From an uncultured Erysipelotrichaceae bacterium (lineage in GTDB: Bacteria > Bacillota_I > Bacilli_A > RFN20 > CAG-826), in assembly GCA_946183085.1 (NCBI GenBank), contig CAMGZU010000003.1, positions 1-45,739 on the forward strand: 45,739 bases of DNA. The letters are read 5' to 3'. Below the pieces are notes generated by a model. The model saw only the letters and a list, made by a program, of their open reading frames with translations. It was not told the origin of the DNA and searched no databases. Position 1 is the stretch's first letter; the number at the start of each line of letters is the position of its first letter. The translations under genes and the position numbers were made by a program. Of this stretch, positions 36,574 through 45,739 are shown in pieces.

Positions 36574-36603
36574 AGGGGGCAGAGCAATCTGCTCCCTTTT
36601 CTT
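36574..36603 (+). terminator. Terminator after the lipoprotein pair
   Basis: AGGGGGCAGA-GCAA-TCTGCTCCCT followed by TTTCTT. Confidence 0.7.
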
Positions 36604-36619
36604 GTTAAGAGGTTCATCT

Positions 36620-37039
36620 ATGGAAGACATTTTCTGCCGAATCATCAAAGGAGAGATCCCCTCCACCAAGATCTACGAAGACGATGACGTCTTGGCCATC
36701 TTGGACATCTCGCAAACGACAAAGGGCCATACCCTCGTCATCCCGAAGCTCCACTATGACAACTTCCTCTCTTGTCCGCAGGAAGTCATGCACAAGGTCA
36801 TGGACGTCGCCCAAAGGATCGGCCAAGCCGAGATCTCCTTATTGCACGCAAGAGGCGTCAACATCCTCACCAACGTCAATGAGGCCGCTGGACAAAGCGT
36901 CATGCATTTCCACGTCCACGTCATTCCGCGTTATAACGGCGGCGAGGGCTTCCAAATCACGATGAAGGGCCAGGATACCTCCGGCATGGATTTGCCGCGT
37001 CTTGCGATGGATATCTCCAAAGCGATGAAGAAGGAATAA
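36620..37039 (+). CDS. HIT family nucleotide hydrolase
   Basis: DIFCRII, GHTLVIPK, GQSVMHFHVHVIPR (HxHxH triad). Confidence 0.95.
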   Translation: MEDIFCRIIKGEIPSTKIYEDDDVLAILDISQTTKGHTLVIPKLHYDNFLSCPQEVMHKVMDVAQRIGQAEISLLHARGVNILTNVNEAAGQSVMHFHVHVIPRYNGGEGFQITMKGQDTSGMDLPRLAMDISKAMKKE

Positions 37040-37056
37040 CGCCAACAAAGAAAAAG

Positions 37057-37085
37057 AAAACCGATGGTTCGCGCCATCGGTTTTT
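37057..37085. terminator. Bidirectional terminator between HIT and yhaM
   Basis: AAAACCGATGG-TTCGCG-CCATCGGTTTTT. Confidence 0.88.
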
Positions 37086-37098
37086 GTTATGCCTAAGC

Positions 37099-38049
37099 TT
37101 ACTTCCCTTCCTTTGTATATAAAGGTTTATAGAAGTAACGCTCGTCCATCGTGAAGAGCTTGCTGGTATATCCGCCCGGTTCCACATCGGCATACGCCTT
37201 ATCGAGGATCATCATCTTCGCGTCCATGTCGTCGATCATGTTGAGGGCCAAGGCCTCGCGGGTCAAAGGCATCACCGGGGAGCCATATTCCGGAATGCCA
37301 TGGTGCGACAAGACCATGTGTTCCATGATGACGGGGATCTCGCCCGTCATTCCGAGTTCTTTTGCGGCCATGCGGACCTCCGCCTGCATGATGGAGATGT
37401 GGCCAAGGAGCTTGCCTTCTAAGGTGAATTGGGTGGCGACGGGGCCCGAAAGCTCCACCGTCTTGCCGATGTCGTGGATCAAGGTGCCAGCGATCAAGAC
37501 GTCGCGGTTCAAAGATGGATAGATCTGGCAGACTTTCTCCGCGAGATCCGCCATCGTGAGGGAATGGTAAAGAAGGCCCGAGACGAAATTGTGGTGATTG
37601 CGGACCGCGGCGGGCCAATCGACGTATTTGGCGCGGAATTTCTGGATGATGTGACGGGTCAATTTCGCGACATCTTCGTTTTGAAGCGAATCCAAATAGG
37701 CGTCGAGCTTCTTCTCCAGTTCTATTTTCGGCACGGGCGCAGAGGGCACAAAACGCGTGAAATCGATGCCATCGCTATCAAGGATCGGCTCGCCCGAAAG
37801 CACCTTCATCTGAAGATGGTCTTTGTATTGGAGGACTTCGCCTTGGACGTTGACGATGTTGCCGGGGGCAAAGGTCTCCAAATCCTCGGGGAGCACGTCC
37901 CATTTCTTGCCATCCATCGTTCCCGTCGCATCCTGGAAGGTGATGGTCAGATAGCTTTTGCCGACCGAAGTGACGCCTTTGTTGGCGACGGTGACGAGAA
38001 ATTGGCCATAGATGCGGTCGCCGTCGATGAGTTCGCTAATCGTTTTCAT
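37099..38049 (-). CDS. yhaM: 3'-5' exoribonuclease YhaM (OB-fold plus HD)
   Basis: YLTITFQDATG, WPAAVRNHHNFVSGLLYH, LIHDIGK, LSHHGIPEYGSP, IDDMDAK. Confidence 0.95.
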   Translation of the reverse strand: MKTISELIDGDRIYGQFLVTVANKGVTSVGKSYLTITFQDATGTMDGKKWDVLPEDLETFAPGNIVNVQGEVLQYKDHLQMKVLSGEPILDSDGIDFTRFVPSAPVPKIELEKKLDAYLDSLQNEDVAKLTRHIIQKFRAKYVDWPAAVRNHHNFVSGLLYHSLTMADLAEKVCQIYPSLNRDVLIAGTLIHDIGKTVELSGPVATQFTLEGKLLGHISIMQAEVRMAAKELGMTGEIPVIMEHMVLSHHGIPEYGSPVMPLTREALALNMIDDMDAKMMILDKAYADVEPGGYTSKLFTMDERYFYKPLYTKEGK

Positions 38050-38845
38050 AGGAATCTTCCTCCGTTAATTCTTTGATGTCCTCGTAGTCGTATCCTTTGT
38101 TTAAGAGGGAGCCGACCACGCGTTTCTTTAATTCGTAGCCCCGATATTTCCGGGCATAACGCTGCTTCGCTTTATTGTAATCCACGCTCAGGCGTTTTGC
38201 TTCTTCCTTCGAAGAAGTCGGCAAGAGTTTTTGCGAAACCTCTTCCGCCAAAGCATGGTCGAATCCCCTCGCGATAAGCGCGTTCACCGCTTTGATCTTC
38301 TTCTGGCGGTTTGGAACGTTCTTATAACGGGAATTGAGGACGTTAAGGTAGCGTTCCGCGGCCTCTTTCTCTTTCTTAGGATCAATCCTTAGGTTTTGAA
38401 GGACTTCGGGATTGATGCCTTTCTTTTCTAACTCGAAGCGGATCCTCGTTTCGCCAATCGCCTTGACGCTTAAGGCTTCTTCCACATAAGCGCTCATATA
38501 GGCCTCATCGTCCAAGAAACCGAGTTGCTTCAAGCGGTAGATGACTTTGCGGATCTCTTCCACGTCCTCGGTTTTGGCTTTGAGCTTCTCTCGAACCTCA
38601 TGAACCGTATAGCTTCGATGGCTAACAAGCCCTAAGCCATAGGAATACAAAGAGGAGAGTTTCGCATCGTTTCTTATTTTGTTCCGCTCAACGTTCCCGA
38701 CTTCTTTGCCTTCGTAAAGGCGATAGTCGGTGAAGACGTCTTCGGAAACGACGATTTCCTCGTCTTCGAAAACAAGGGTGGCCTTATGGGCCTTCCATTT
38801 GATCTTAAGGAGGGTGTGGGTCTTACCAGCGTTTCCGGATGGCAC
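38036..38845 (-). CDS. recX: Regulatory protein RecX
   Basis: VSHRSYTVHEVREKL, LGFLDDEAY, IRFELEKKGI, LIARGFD, LLNKGYD. GTG start with SD GGAGG. Confidence 0.88.
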   Translation of the reverse strand: MPSGNAGKTHTLLKIKWKAHKATLVFEDEEIVVSEDVFTDYRLYEGKEVGNVERNKIRNDAKLSSLYSYGLGLVSHRSYTVHEVREKLKAKTEDVEEIRKVIYRLKQLGFLDDEAYMSAYVEEALSVKAIGETRIRFELEKKGINPEVLQNLRIDPKKEKEAAERYLNVLNSRYKNVPNRQKKIKAVNALIARGFDHALAEEVSQKLLPTSSKEEAKRLSVDYNKAKQRYARKYRGYELKKRVVGSLLNKGYDYEDIKELTEEDSYEND

Positions 38846-39998
38846 GGCGGTAGACCTCCATTACGTTATCGTGGAACGCGTCGAGCGAATAAGGCTCCAA
38901 GGCCTTGTTGGCTTGCGAGATGATGTTCTTCCTCGCGCTTGGCGAAAGATTGACGATCGCCCTTAAGCGGTCTTTGAAATCGCCAAGATCGTAGAAGAAA
39001 TAACCCGTCTTGCCATCGACGATCGTGCCCGCCAAGTTGTCGTCATAACGAGCGAGGACCACCAAGGAAGAAGCCATCGCTTCCATGAAGGTGAGGCCTT
39101 GGGTCTCGGTGATGGAGGCGGAGACGAAGCAATCCGAGATCTGATAGTAATATTGGGTCTCGTCCGGTTTGACGGGGCCGACGAAGATGACCTTCTTTTC
39201 GATGCCGAGTTCCTTGGTCAACGCTTTTAAATCATCAAGGGCGGGGCCGCCGCCGACGATCAAGAATTTGGTTGGCTTATCTTCGCCCGATTTCAGATAA
39301 TCGGCATAGCCCCTCAAACAGACGTCAATCGACTTCTCTTTGGCGACGCGGCCAAGGGAAAGAATGACGAAATCTTTTTCGTCGATCCCGAATTTCTTCC
39401 GCAAAGCCAAGGCTTCTTCCTTGGTGCCGATCTGCTCGCGGAAACGCGAGAAATCGACGCCGGTCGGGACGACGTTGATGTAAGTATCGACGCCGATGGA
39501 GCGGAGATAGTCTTTTACCTTTTCCGAGGGGGCGATGAATTCGGCCGTCTGCTCGGCCTTGAGGCGGATATAAGAGCGGACGATGCTCTTCGCGATCAAA
39601 TCAAAATGGCCTTTGGTGACGTAGTAGGTATAGTCCTCATACATCGTGTGATAGGTGTAAGCGGTCGGGACGTTGAGGCGCGAGGCGCAGATAAAGCCAA
39701 ATTGGCCCAAGCCCGCGTCGTGGTTGACGTGGATGACGTCCGGATGGAATTTCTTCACGGCCTCAAAAGCCTTCTGGTTGAAGAAGCCGGCGATGTGATA
39801 GCCATAAAGCTTCTTTAGCTCCAAACCGGGGATGCGGATGATGTCATCGTCGATCATGACATCGTTGTTCCACGGGTTGACCGTGACCACCATGCACTTA
39901 TGGCCATGATTGACCAGCGTCAAATGGAGGTTGTAGAGACTCGTGGCAACCCCATTGATGTCAGGCGGATATGTATCAGAAAACAAAACGACGTTCAT
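38823..39998 (-). CDS. GT4 glycosyltransferase, probable diacylglycerol glucosyltransferase
   Basis: FSDTYPPDINGVATS, YTYHTMYEDY, GRVAKEKSID, SASITETQGLTFMEAMAS. Confidence 0.92.
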   Translation of the reverse strand: MNVVLFSDTYPPDINGVATSLYNLHLTLVNHGHKCMVVTVNPWNNDVMIDDDIIRIPGLELKKLYGYHIAGFFNQKAFEAVKKFHPDVIHVNHDAGLGQFGFICASRLNVPTAYTYHTMYEDYTYYVTKGHFDLIAKSIVRSYIRLKAEQTAEFIAPSEKVKDYLRSIGVDTYINVVPTGVDFSRFREQIGTKEEALALRKKFGIDEKDFVILSLGRVAKEKSIDVCLRGYADYLKSGEDKPTKFLIVGGGPALDDLKALTKELGIEKKVIFVGPVKPDETQYYYQISDCFVSASITETQGLTFMEAMASSLVVLARYDDNLAGTIVDGKTGYFFYDLGDFKDRLRAIVNLSPSARKNIISQANKALEPYSLDAFHDNVMEVYRRAIRKRW

Positions 39999-39999
39999 A

Positions 40000-41394
40000 T
40001 CAATCGATGTTCAGCGTTCCCCAGCCATCGTCTTCCGATGACTTCTTCGCTCTCCTCTTCTTGATTCTCTCTTTTTTGGCTTTCTCAGTCTTTTCCCTGC
40101 CTTCGCCCTTCTTAGCATCGCCGAGGCCGGCGCTTATGGCAAGGCGCTTCTGAATCTCTTTGCGCGAAAGTTGCTTGGTCTCGTAGAGGGTATCGGCCGA
40201 ACGCTTACGTTCGTCGAAGGTCGCAAGCTGCAAGTCGACGAAGGTCTGGCGGTTGGCGAATTGGACTTCGTCGTGGGGATGCCCGCGGTAAAGCGCGGCA
40301 ACTACGCCCCCCACCAACAATACGACATAGAAGGTCATGGTGCGCCAAAGGATCTGGGCCGCGTTGATGTTGGCTTCGATGTTGTTGGCTAAAGCTTCCG
40401 GCGTATGGGCCTCAAAGAAAGCGTGGTAAAGGTAATAGAAGAAGTATTCGGAAATGCCCGCTTGGCCAGGGAGAGGGATGATGCCGGCGCACATCTGATG
40501 GAAGGAGGCCAAGAAGGTCGCGTCCATCATGTCATAGAAATTGAAACGGTAATCGGTGCCGAAAGAATTGAGGGAAAGCGCGGCGAAATACGGGATCGAA
40601 TTTCGCAAGAAGATGACCGCCAAGAAACAGATGACGATCAAAATCGTCACCGGGATGTTGGTCTGAAGACGGCGAAGCTCGATCTTGAAGTTCTCAACCT
40701 GCACGCGGAGGTTTTCCCTGGTTTTCTCCGGGTTTTTAAGAACGCGGATCTTCGCCAAGAAGCCGATGACGTAATGGAGGAAGAAATTATGGATGCGGTG
40801 CGAGAAAGACATCATGTAGAGGAAGAGGATGACGCCCAAGTTGATGACGAAGCCAAGGACGATGACCCAAACCATCGGGAGCTTGAAGTCGCCGAAGTCC
40901 AAAGGCTTTAGCCCCGCGATCATCTTGCCTTCGATGGCGAGGGTCACGATGTCAAAGCCGATCAACGAGGACTGGTAAAGGATGAACCACATGACCAAAA
41001 TGGAGGCGCCGTTGGAGATTTGGATGCCTTGGGAGCGCAGAGTGTAAACCTGCATGATCTGACCGCCGGAAGCGCTCGGGGTGACGTTGTTATAAAAAGA
41101 GCCGATCAGCGCGACCGCCATGCCCTGATGGAGATGGTAGCGGCGCGTATAGAGGCGGCAGAAGATCTTGATGATGAAGGCGTCGACGATGAAGGAAGCC
41201 AAGACGATGCCGACCATCGAGAAGACCCAAGCGACGTTGGCGCCGTTGAAGGCCTCAACGACCGAATTGAATTTGCCGCCGCTTAAGGAGATCGTAAGCG
41301 AAATCGCGGTCGCGGCGAGGACGATGAAAATATAGAGGAAGTATTTCCAGAGCCCCTTCTTGCTTTTCTTTTTCTTTTCTTCGATCTCGCTCAT
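40000..41394 (-). CDS. Lysylphosphatidylglycerol synthase TM / flippase-like membrane protein
   Basis: FYNNVTPSASGGQ, IPLPGQAGISEY, LWRTMTFY, multiple TMs. Upstream of the glycolipid GT. Confidence 0.9.
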   Translation of the reverse strand: MSEIEEKKKKSKKGLWKYFLYIFIVLAATAISLTISLSGGKFNSVVEAFNGANVAWVFSMVGIVLASFIVDAFIIKIFCRLYTRRYHLHQGMAVALIGSFYNNVTPSASGGQIMQVYTLRSQGIQISNGASILVMWFILYQSSLIGFDIVTLAIEGKMIAGLKPLDFGDFKLPMVWVIVLGFVINLGVILFLYMMSFSHRIHNFFLHYVIGFLAKIRVLKNPEKTRENLRVQVENFKIELRRLQTNIPVTILIVICFLAVIFLRNSIPYFAALSLNSFGTDYRFNFYDMMDATFLASFHQMCAGIIPLPGQAGISEYFFYYLYHAFFEAHTPEALANNIEANINAAQILWRTMTFYVVLLVGGVVAALYRGHPHDEVQFANRQTFVDLQLATFDERKRSADTLYETKQLSRKEIQKRLAISAGLGDAKKGEGREKTEKAKKERIKKRRAKKSSEDDGWGTLNID

Positions 41395-41436
41395 GCTCTT
41401 TTGCGTAGCAAAGGTATTCTAACCATCTCTTCCTTC

Positions 41437-41472
41437 AAAGAAAACGCCCCATTAATTAATAGGCGTCTTCTT
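41437..41472 (-). terminator. Cyclophilin terminator
   Basis: GACGCCTATTA-AT-TAATGGGGCGTT followed by TTCTTT. Confidence 0.65.
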
Positions 41473-41494
41473 GGCAAAAAGTATTGGTGGGTTT

Positions 41495-42004
41495 TCAAAA
41501 TGAATCGTCGATGGTCGGGAAGTCGCGCTCGGGTTCGTCCTCCACGACGACCTTTTCGATCACGACGGGCGTCAACGGACGGTCATTGCGATCGGTGCGA
41601 ACGCCGGCGATCTTATCCAAGACGTCGAAGCCTTCCACCATCGTGCCAAAGGCCGCATAGTCCCCATCAAGATGGGGAGCGTCTTTGTGCATGACGAAGA
41701 ACTGCGAGGTCGCGGAGTCTTTGTACATCGTCCTCGCCATCGAGAGAACGCCGCGCTTATGGAGCAGTTTGTTGTCGACGCCATTGGAGCGGAATTCGCC
41801 TTTGATGGTGTAGCCGACATGACGGCCTCTGGGCCTGCCATCGCCGCCTTGAATCATGAAGTTCTTGATGATGCGATGGAACGTAAGATTCTCGTAATAA
41901 CCCTTGCGGGCCAGGGAAACAAAGTTGCTGGCGGAGATCGGCGCATTCTCGTAATCGAGCGTGAAACGCATCACGCCATAATCTTTCACATAAATCGAAA
42001 CCAT
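41495..42004 (-). CDS. ppiB: Cyclophilin-type peptidyl-prolyl isomerase
   Basis: FHRIIKNFMIQGG, GVLSMAR, SATSQFF, HLDGDYAAFG. Confidence 0.95.
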   Translation of the reverse strand: MVSIYVKDYGVMRFTLDYENAPISASNFVSLARKGYYENLTFHRIIKNFMIQGGDGRPRGRHVGYTIKGEFRSNGVDNKLLHKRGVLSMARTMYKDSATSQFFVMHKDAPHLDGDYAAFGTMVEGFDVLDKIAGVRTDRNDRPLTPVVIEKVVVEDEPERDFPTIDDSF

Positions 42005-42124
42005 GGGTTTACCTCGTTTTGGAACGCGATGATTTTATCATAGTCTCGCGCGAATGGCGGAGGCGCGTTCGCTCCCGTTTGTTTTCGCGCGCGAATTCGC
42101 TACAATAGAGCATAACCTCTTGGC

Positions 42125-44914
42125 ATGAAAGCGACCCATAAAAACATCATTTCCATCCTCCTCTCGGCGGTCTGCTTGTTTTTGGGTGCGTTCGGCATCG
42201 TCCGCGATCTCATCCAGCAAAACTATAGCAATTTCGCCTTATTCTCCCGCTGGGCGGGTCTATTAATCGTCATCGGGTCCGCCATCGCGATCGTCATGAA
42301 GATCCTCACTTTCCAGAGAGAGGACATCAAAAACGGGATCGTGGATCCCATCTACCGTTTGGCGGTCACCTCGGGCGTCTTCTCAATGTTCGTGAGCCTT
42401 TTCTGGATGTCGCCGCAGCTCGGTGAGATCCAAATGACCGACCTCCAAACCTCGATTTATGACGTCATCCTGCCTTTGCTCATCGCGATCAACTACCTCT
42501 TCTTCTATGGCGAGGCGCTCAACAAAAAGAGACATTATCTTTACGCCGTCGCGGAGATCTTGATCTACATGATCTTCATCTTCGTCTATTACTTCGTCAC
42601 CGAAGTCGACCTCCCCTATTCCTTCATTGACCCGGCTCAGAGCAGCGTCTTGACCATTACGCTTTCCTCCATTGCTTTGGCCGCCATCTTCTTTTTCCTC
42701 TATGCTTTCATGTCTTACATCAACAAGAGGACTTCGAAGATCGCCTCCTTGGAAAAAGGCTCCCTTACCATCTTTGGAGTCTCCTCCATCTTGTTCAGCG
42801 TCATCTTCAATACGGGCTTCCTCATCGTTTGCCAGTTCAGCCATTTCCCGGCGCTCGTCTTCTTCGGCACGATTCTCACCTCCGCTTTGTTCGGCTTGAT
42901 TCCGGGCGTCGTCACCGCTTTTTTGAGCGGCGTCATCAGCGCCTTGATCCAGGGCAGCGCCGTCTACATCATGCTCCCCCACATGGTTCTGGCCATCGGG
43001 GCCTTCTTCGTCTCCCGTCAGGGTTTCTTTAAGAAATTACCGACCACGCTTTTGAGCAGCGTCGGCTTTGCCATTTTGGCCTATCTTCTCGACCTCATCC
43101 TCTTCGAAGCGATGAACGGCACTTCGGTCTCCTTGATCGCCAACTTGTCTACCTTCTTCCAGGGCATGGGATTCCGTAACCCCCATCCGCTTTCCATCGG
43201 TTTGGCATCCGCCTTCTACTTGGCTGATCTATTGCTTGAGGGCGCCCTTTTCTATCTCATTGCCCGCTTCGCCCCGAAAAAGCTTCTCCAAGGGGCGGAG
43301 CTTGGAACCGTCTATAGCGAAAAAGACTACAAAGCGCCGAAATTCCTCACGAACTCCTTCTCTTTGAAGACGAAGACGATGTTCATCAACGCGACGATCT
43401 TCGCCCTCATCGGCTTCGCGCTTTTCGTCTCTTCCTCCAAGATCTTCGAGCAAAACTGCGTCGAGTCTTATGACAACATCACCACCGGCTTCGCCCGCGA
43501 CGCGACCCTTCTTTTGGATGGCGACTACGTCAAATACGTCTCCGAAGCGAGCAAAGACATCGATTATCTCGATAACATCGCCGTCGCCAGCATCATGGGC
43601 GAGGAAGAGTATTACACCACCCGCGAACGTTTGGAGACGATGTATGAGAAATCCTCGGACCGTTTGACCTACGTCTACGTCCACGCCTATTTCCAAGACG
43701 AGGCAGGCAATTATTGCTACCGCGTCTTATTCGACAAAGACAGTCCTGCCGAAGACCCGACCGTCCGTCCGGGCTATGCCGATTATTTCGACACGGACAT
43801 GCTTAAATACGCGACCAAGCTTCTCGACCCCAATGACCGCGACGAGGTCGGCCCGATCATCTCCAACGGCCGCTATGGCTCTTTGATGAGCGTCTATGAG
43901 CCGATCTTCGATAGCGAGGGCAACAAGGTCGCCTATATCGGCGTTGACGTCGACATCGCGGACATCCAGAACAGCCTCAAGGTCCATAACTCCAAGATCG
44001 GCGTCCTCCTCATCGCCATCCTCCTCGTCGTTTTGTGCATCTCCTACGAATGGACCCAGGTCACGGTCATCGAGCCGATCGCGAGCCTCGCCAAACTCTC
44101 CCAAGACTTCGCGGAGAGCAATGTCACCGAATGGCGTAATGACCCCAAGAACACCGGCTTCCCGCCCATCACCTCAGGCGACGAGATCGAGACCCTTTAC
44201 CACGCCGTCAACAACACCCAGCTGACCGTCTCCGATTCCTTCAAGAAGATCGAGGCCCAGACCGAGCAGCTCCTTAAGATGGAACAGAACATGGTCTTTA
44301 CGATGGCCATCATGGTCGAAGCTCGTGACGGCAATACCGGCGGCCACATCAAGCGCACCTCCACTTACATCGGCATCCTCGCCAGGGAAATGAGGAGGCA
44401 AGGCAAGCACCTGGATGTTTTGACCGACGATTACATCGACCATTTGATCCTCGCCGCCCCGCTTCATGACGTCGGCAAGATCCGCATCCCCGACGCCATC
44501 CTCAATAAGCCAGGCAAACTCGACGACGAAGAATTCGCCAAAATGCGCCTCCACACCGTCTATGGCGCGGAGATCATCGACACCGCTTTGGAAGGCATCG
44601 AGGGCGAATCTTATCTCACCATCGCCAAAGAGATCGCCGAAGGCCACCACGAGAAATACGATGGCTCTGGCTATCCGCATCACATCAAAGGAACCGACAT
44701 CCCGCTTTCCGCCCGCTTAATGGCGGTCGCCGATGTCTTTGACGCTTTGATGAGCAAACGCCCCTACAAAGCCCCAATGAGCTTAGAACAGGCCACTTCC
44801 ATCATCGTGGAGGGCAAAGGCAAGCACTTCGACCCCGACGCGGTCGACGCCTTCTTAGGCGAGCAAGCCCAAAAGGAAATCAAAGAGACCTTGGCCACGA
44901 TCACCGAAGACTAA
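42125..44914 (+). CDS. Polytopic membrane sensor / HD-GYP phosphodiesterase
   Basis: Many N-terminal TMs, extracellular Cache-like loop, HAMP (IEPIASL...GDEIETL), HD-GYP motifs LHDVGKIRIPD and HHEKYDGSGYP, ADVFDAL...RPYK. Confidence 0.9.
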   Translation: MKATHKNIISILLSAVCLFLGAFGIVRDLIQQNYSNFALFSRWAGLLIVIGSAIAIVMKILTFQREDIKNGIVDPIYRLAVTSGVFSMFVSLFWMSPQLGEIQMTDLQTSIYDVILPLLIAINYLFFYGEALNKKRHYLYAVAEILIYMIFIFVYYFVTEVDLPYSFIDPAQSSVLTITLSSIALAAIFFFLYAFMSYINKRTSKIASLEKGSLTIFGVSSILFSVIFNTGFLIVCQFSHFPALVFFGTILTSALFGLIPGVVTAFLSGVISALIQGSAVYIMLPHMVLAIGAFFVSRQGFFKKLPTTLLSSVGFAILAYLLDLILFEAMNGTSVSLIANLSTFFQGMGFRNPHPLSIGLASAFYLADLLLEGALFYLIARFAPKKLLQGAELGTVYSEKDYKAPKFLTNSFSLKTKTMFINATIFALIGFALFVSSSKIFEQNCVESYDNITTGFARDATLLLDGDYVKYVSEASKDIDYLDNIAVASIMGEEEYYTTRERLETMYEKSSDRLTYVYVHAYFQDEAGNYCYRVLFDKDSPAEDPTVRPGYADYFDTDMLKYATKLLDPNDRDEVGPIISNGRYGSLMSVYEPIFDSEGNKVAYIGVDVDIADIQNSLKVHNSKIGVLLIAILLVVLCISYEWTQVTVIEPIASLAKLSQDFAESNVTEWRNDPKNTGFPPITSGDEIETLYHAVNNTQLTVSDSFKKIEAQTEQLLKMEQNMVFTMAIMVEARDGNTGGHIKRTSTYIGILAREMRRQGKHLDVLTDDYIDHLILAAPLHDVGKIRIPDAILNKPGKLDDEEFAKMRLHTVYGAEIIDTALEGIEGESYLTIAKEIAEGHHEKYDGSGYPHHIKGTDIPLSARLMAVADVFDALMSKRPYKAPMSLEQATSIIVEGKGKHFDPDAVDAFLGEQAQKEIKETLATITED

Positions 44915-44949
44915 AAGAGAGAGGAGCAGTTCAAATGTTCCTCTTTTTT
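44914..44949 (+). terminator. HD-GYP gene terminator
   Basis: GAGGAGCA-N7-TGTTCCTC followed by TTTTTT. Confidence 0.75.
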
Positions 44950-45027
44950 CTTCGCCAATACGAAGCGTAAATTTTGACTGTAACACATGTTACAATCACT
45001 TTTTCGTCGATGACCAGGAGGCTTTTG

Positions 45028-45058
45028 AAAAAGAAAGGCCACCCACTGAAGGATGGCC
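45028..45058 (-). terminator. Aldo/keto reductase terminator
   Basis: GGCCATCC-TTCAGT-GGGTGGCC followed by TTTCTTTTT. Confidence 0.8.
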
Positions 45059-45080
45059 GATCGTTTATGGATCGTTCTTT

Positions 45081-45739
45081 TTAGCCTAACCGTTTTCTCG
45101 TGAAGGCGATTCCCTTTAGGAAAGCCATTTCTTCTTCGCTGAGCTCGAAGTCGATCTCCTTGTTGACCTCCATGAATTCCTTGTGGGTGGTCTTAGGAAG
45201 TGGCAAGACGCCAAGCTGATAGACGAAGCGGATGCAAAGCTGTGGGATGCTCACGCCTTTCTTTTCGGCGAGCTCTTTCATCGCCTCGAGGTTGACCAAT
45301 TGGCCAGTCGCAAGCGGCGAATAGCCTTCGACCAAGATGCCTTTCTCCTTGCAGAAGGCGATGACGTCTTCTTCGATGTGGCCGATGTAGCAAGGGATCT
45401 GGTTGACCGCAGGAACAACGCCGGTTTTTTCGATGATGCTCTTCAAGTCATCGACGTTGAAGTTCGAGACGCCGATTGATTTGATCTTGCCCGCCTTCTG
45501 GGCCTCGATCATTGCTTGGAAGACCTCGGCGTTTTCTTTCTCATAACGATAGGGTTTGTTGGGGTCCCTCATCTCGCTCCAAGGTTTGGGGGCATGGATG
45601 AGCATGAGGTCAAGATAATTGACCCCAAGGCGCTTCAAGGATTCCTCGATCGCGACCTTGGCCTCCGTCCCATTTTTGATTTGGGCGGGGATTTTGGAGG
45701 TGAGGTAATACGATTCGCGCGGGAGTCTAGCAAGGGAGG
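45081..45739 (-). CDS. Aldo/keto reductase, 5'-partial
   Basis: The frame stays open to the right edge (PRESYYLTSKIP...LKRLG). YLDLMLIH, SIGVSNF, NQI, YSPL, PLPKT. Confidence 0.93.
   Translation of the reverse strand, partial: SLARLPRESYYLTSKIPAQIKNGTEAKVAIEESLKRLGVNYLDLMLIHAPKPWSEMRDPNKPYRYEKENAEVFQAMIEAQKAGKIKSIGVSNFNVDDLKSIIEKTGVVPAVNQIPCYIGHIEEDVIAFCKEKGILVEGYSPLATGQLVNLEAMKELAEKKGVSIPQLCIRFVYQLGVLPLPKTTHKEFMEVNKEIDFELSEEEMAFLKGIAFTRKRLG

Noticed and set aside
23669-44999. Shared 11-mer GTTACAATCAC after parB and in the 44.99 kb gap
   Set aside because: Many chance 11-mer repeats are expected in 45 kb, and the first copy overlaps the parB stop codon.
1-45739. Mobile elements, prophage, defence island, tRNA/rRNA genes or a recoded stop codon
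   Set aside because: I recognised no transposase, integrase, phage or cas motifs and no tRNA/rRNA signatures. TGA acts as a normal stop in many ATGA overlaps, so the standard code 11 applies.

Overview
A 45.7 kb chromosomal core-genome window (about 50-60% GC) from a Bacilli/Firmicutes-type organism. The condensed Bacillus-like gene order and missing wall-associated neighbours suggest a reduced, possibly wall-less gut lineage (inference). I saw no prophage, IS, integrase or CRISPR array. Left to right: two tandem ABC ATPase-permease fusions, DUF951, fhs, miaA, miaB (fused to a RicA/YmcA-like domain), ymdB, rny, recA, cinA-C, pgsA, B-type RNase P RNA, gpsB/DivIVA, an orphan-NfeD-SPFH operon, DEDDh exonuclease, recU, nth, dnaD, a short cca, hup, der, cmk, ferredoxin, FMN riboswitch-ribU, parB, parA, rsmG, mnmG, sufCDSUB, two very large PrsA-like lipoproteins, HIT, yhaM, recX, a glycolipid glycosyltransferase with a flippase-like partner, cyclophilin, a multi-sensor HD-GYP protein and a partial aldo/keto reductase. 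The strongest candidate for an undescribed system is at 14.4-16.25 kb: four phased 10-bp direct repeats overlie the promoter of an orphan 125-aa protein with a predicted MraZ/AbrB-like tandem fold, which heads an NfeD-SPFH operon. Other highlights are the MiaB-RicA fusion, the giant PrsA pair, a ParB with a degenerate CTP pocket, an HD-GYP protein carrying an ECF S-component-like domain, a minimal CCA enzyme and several probable leaderless genes. All family calls come from motif recognition by eye; no searches were run.
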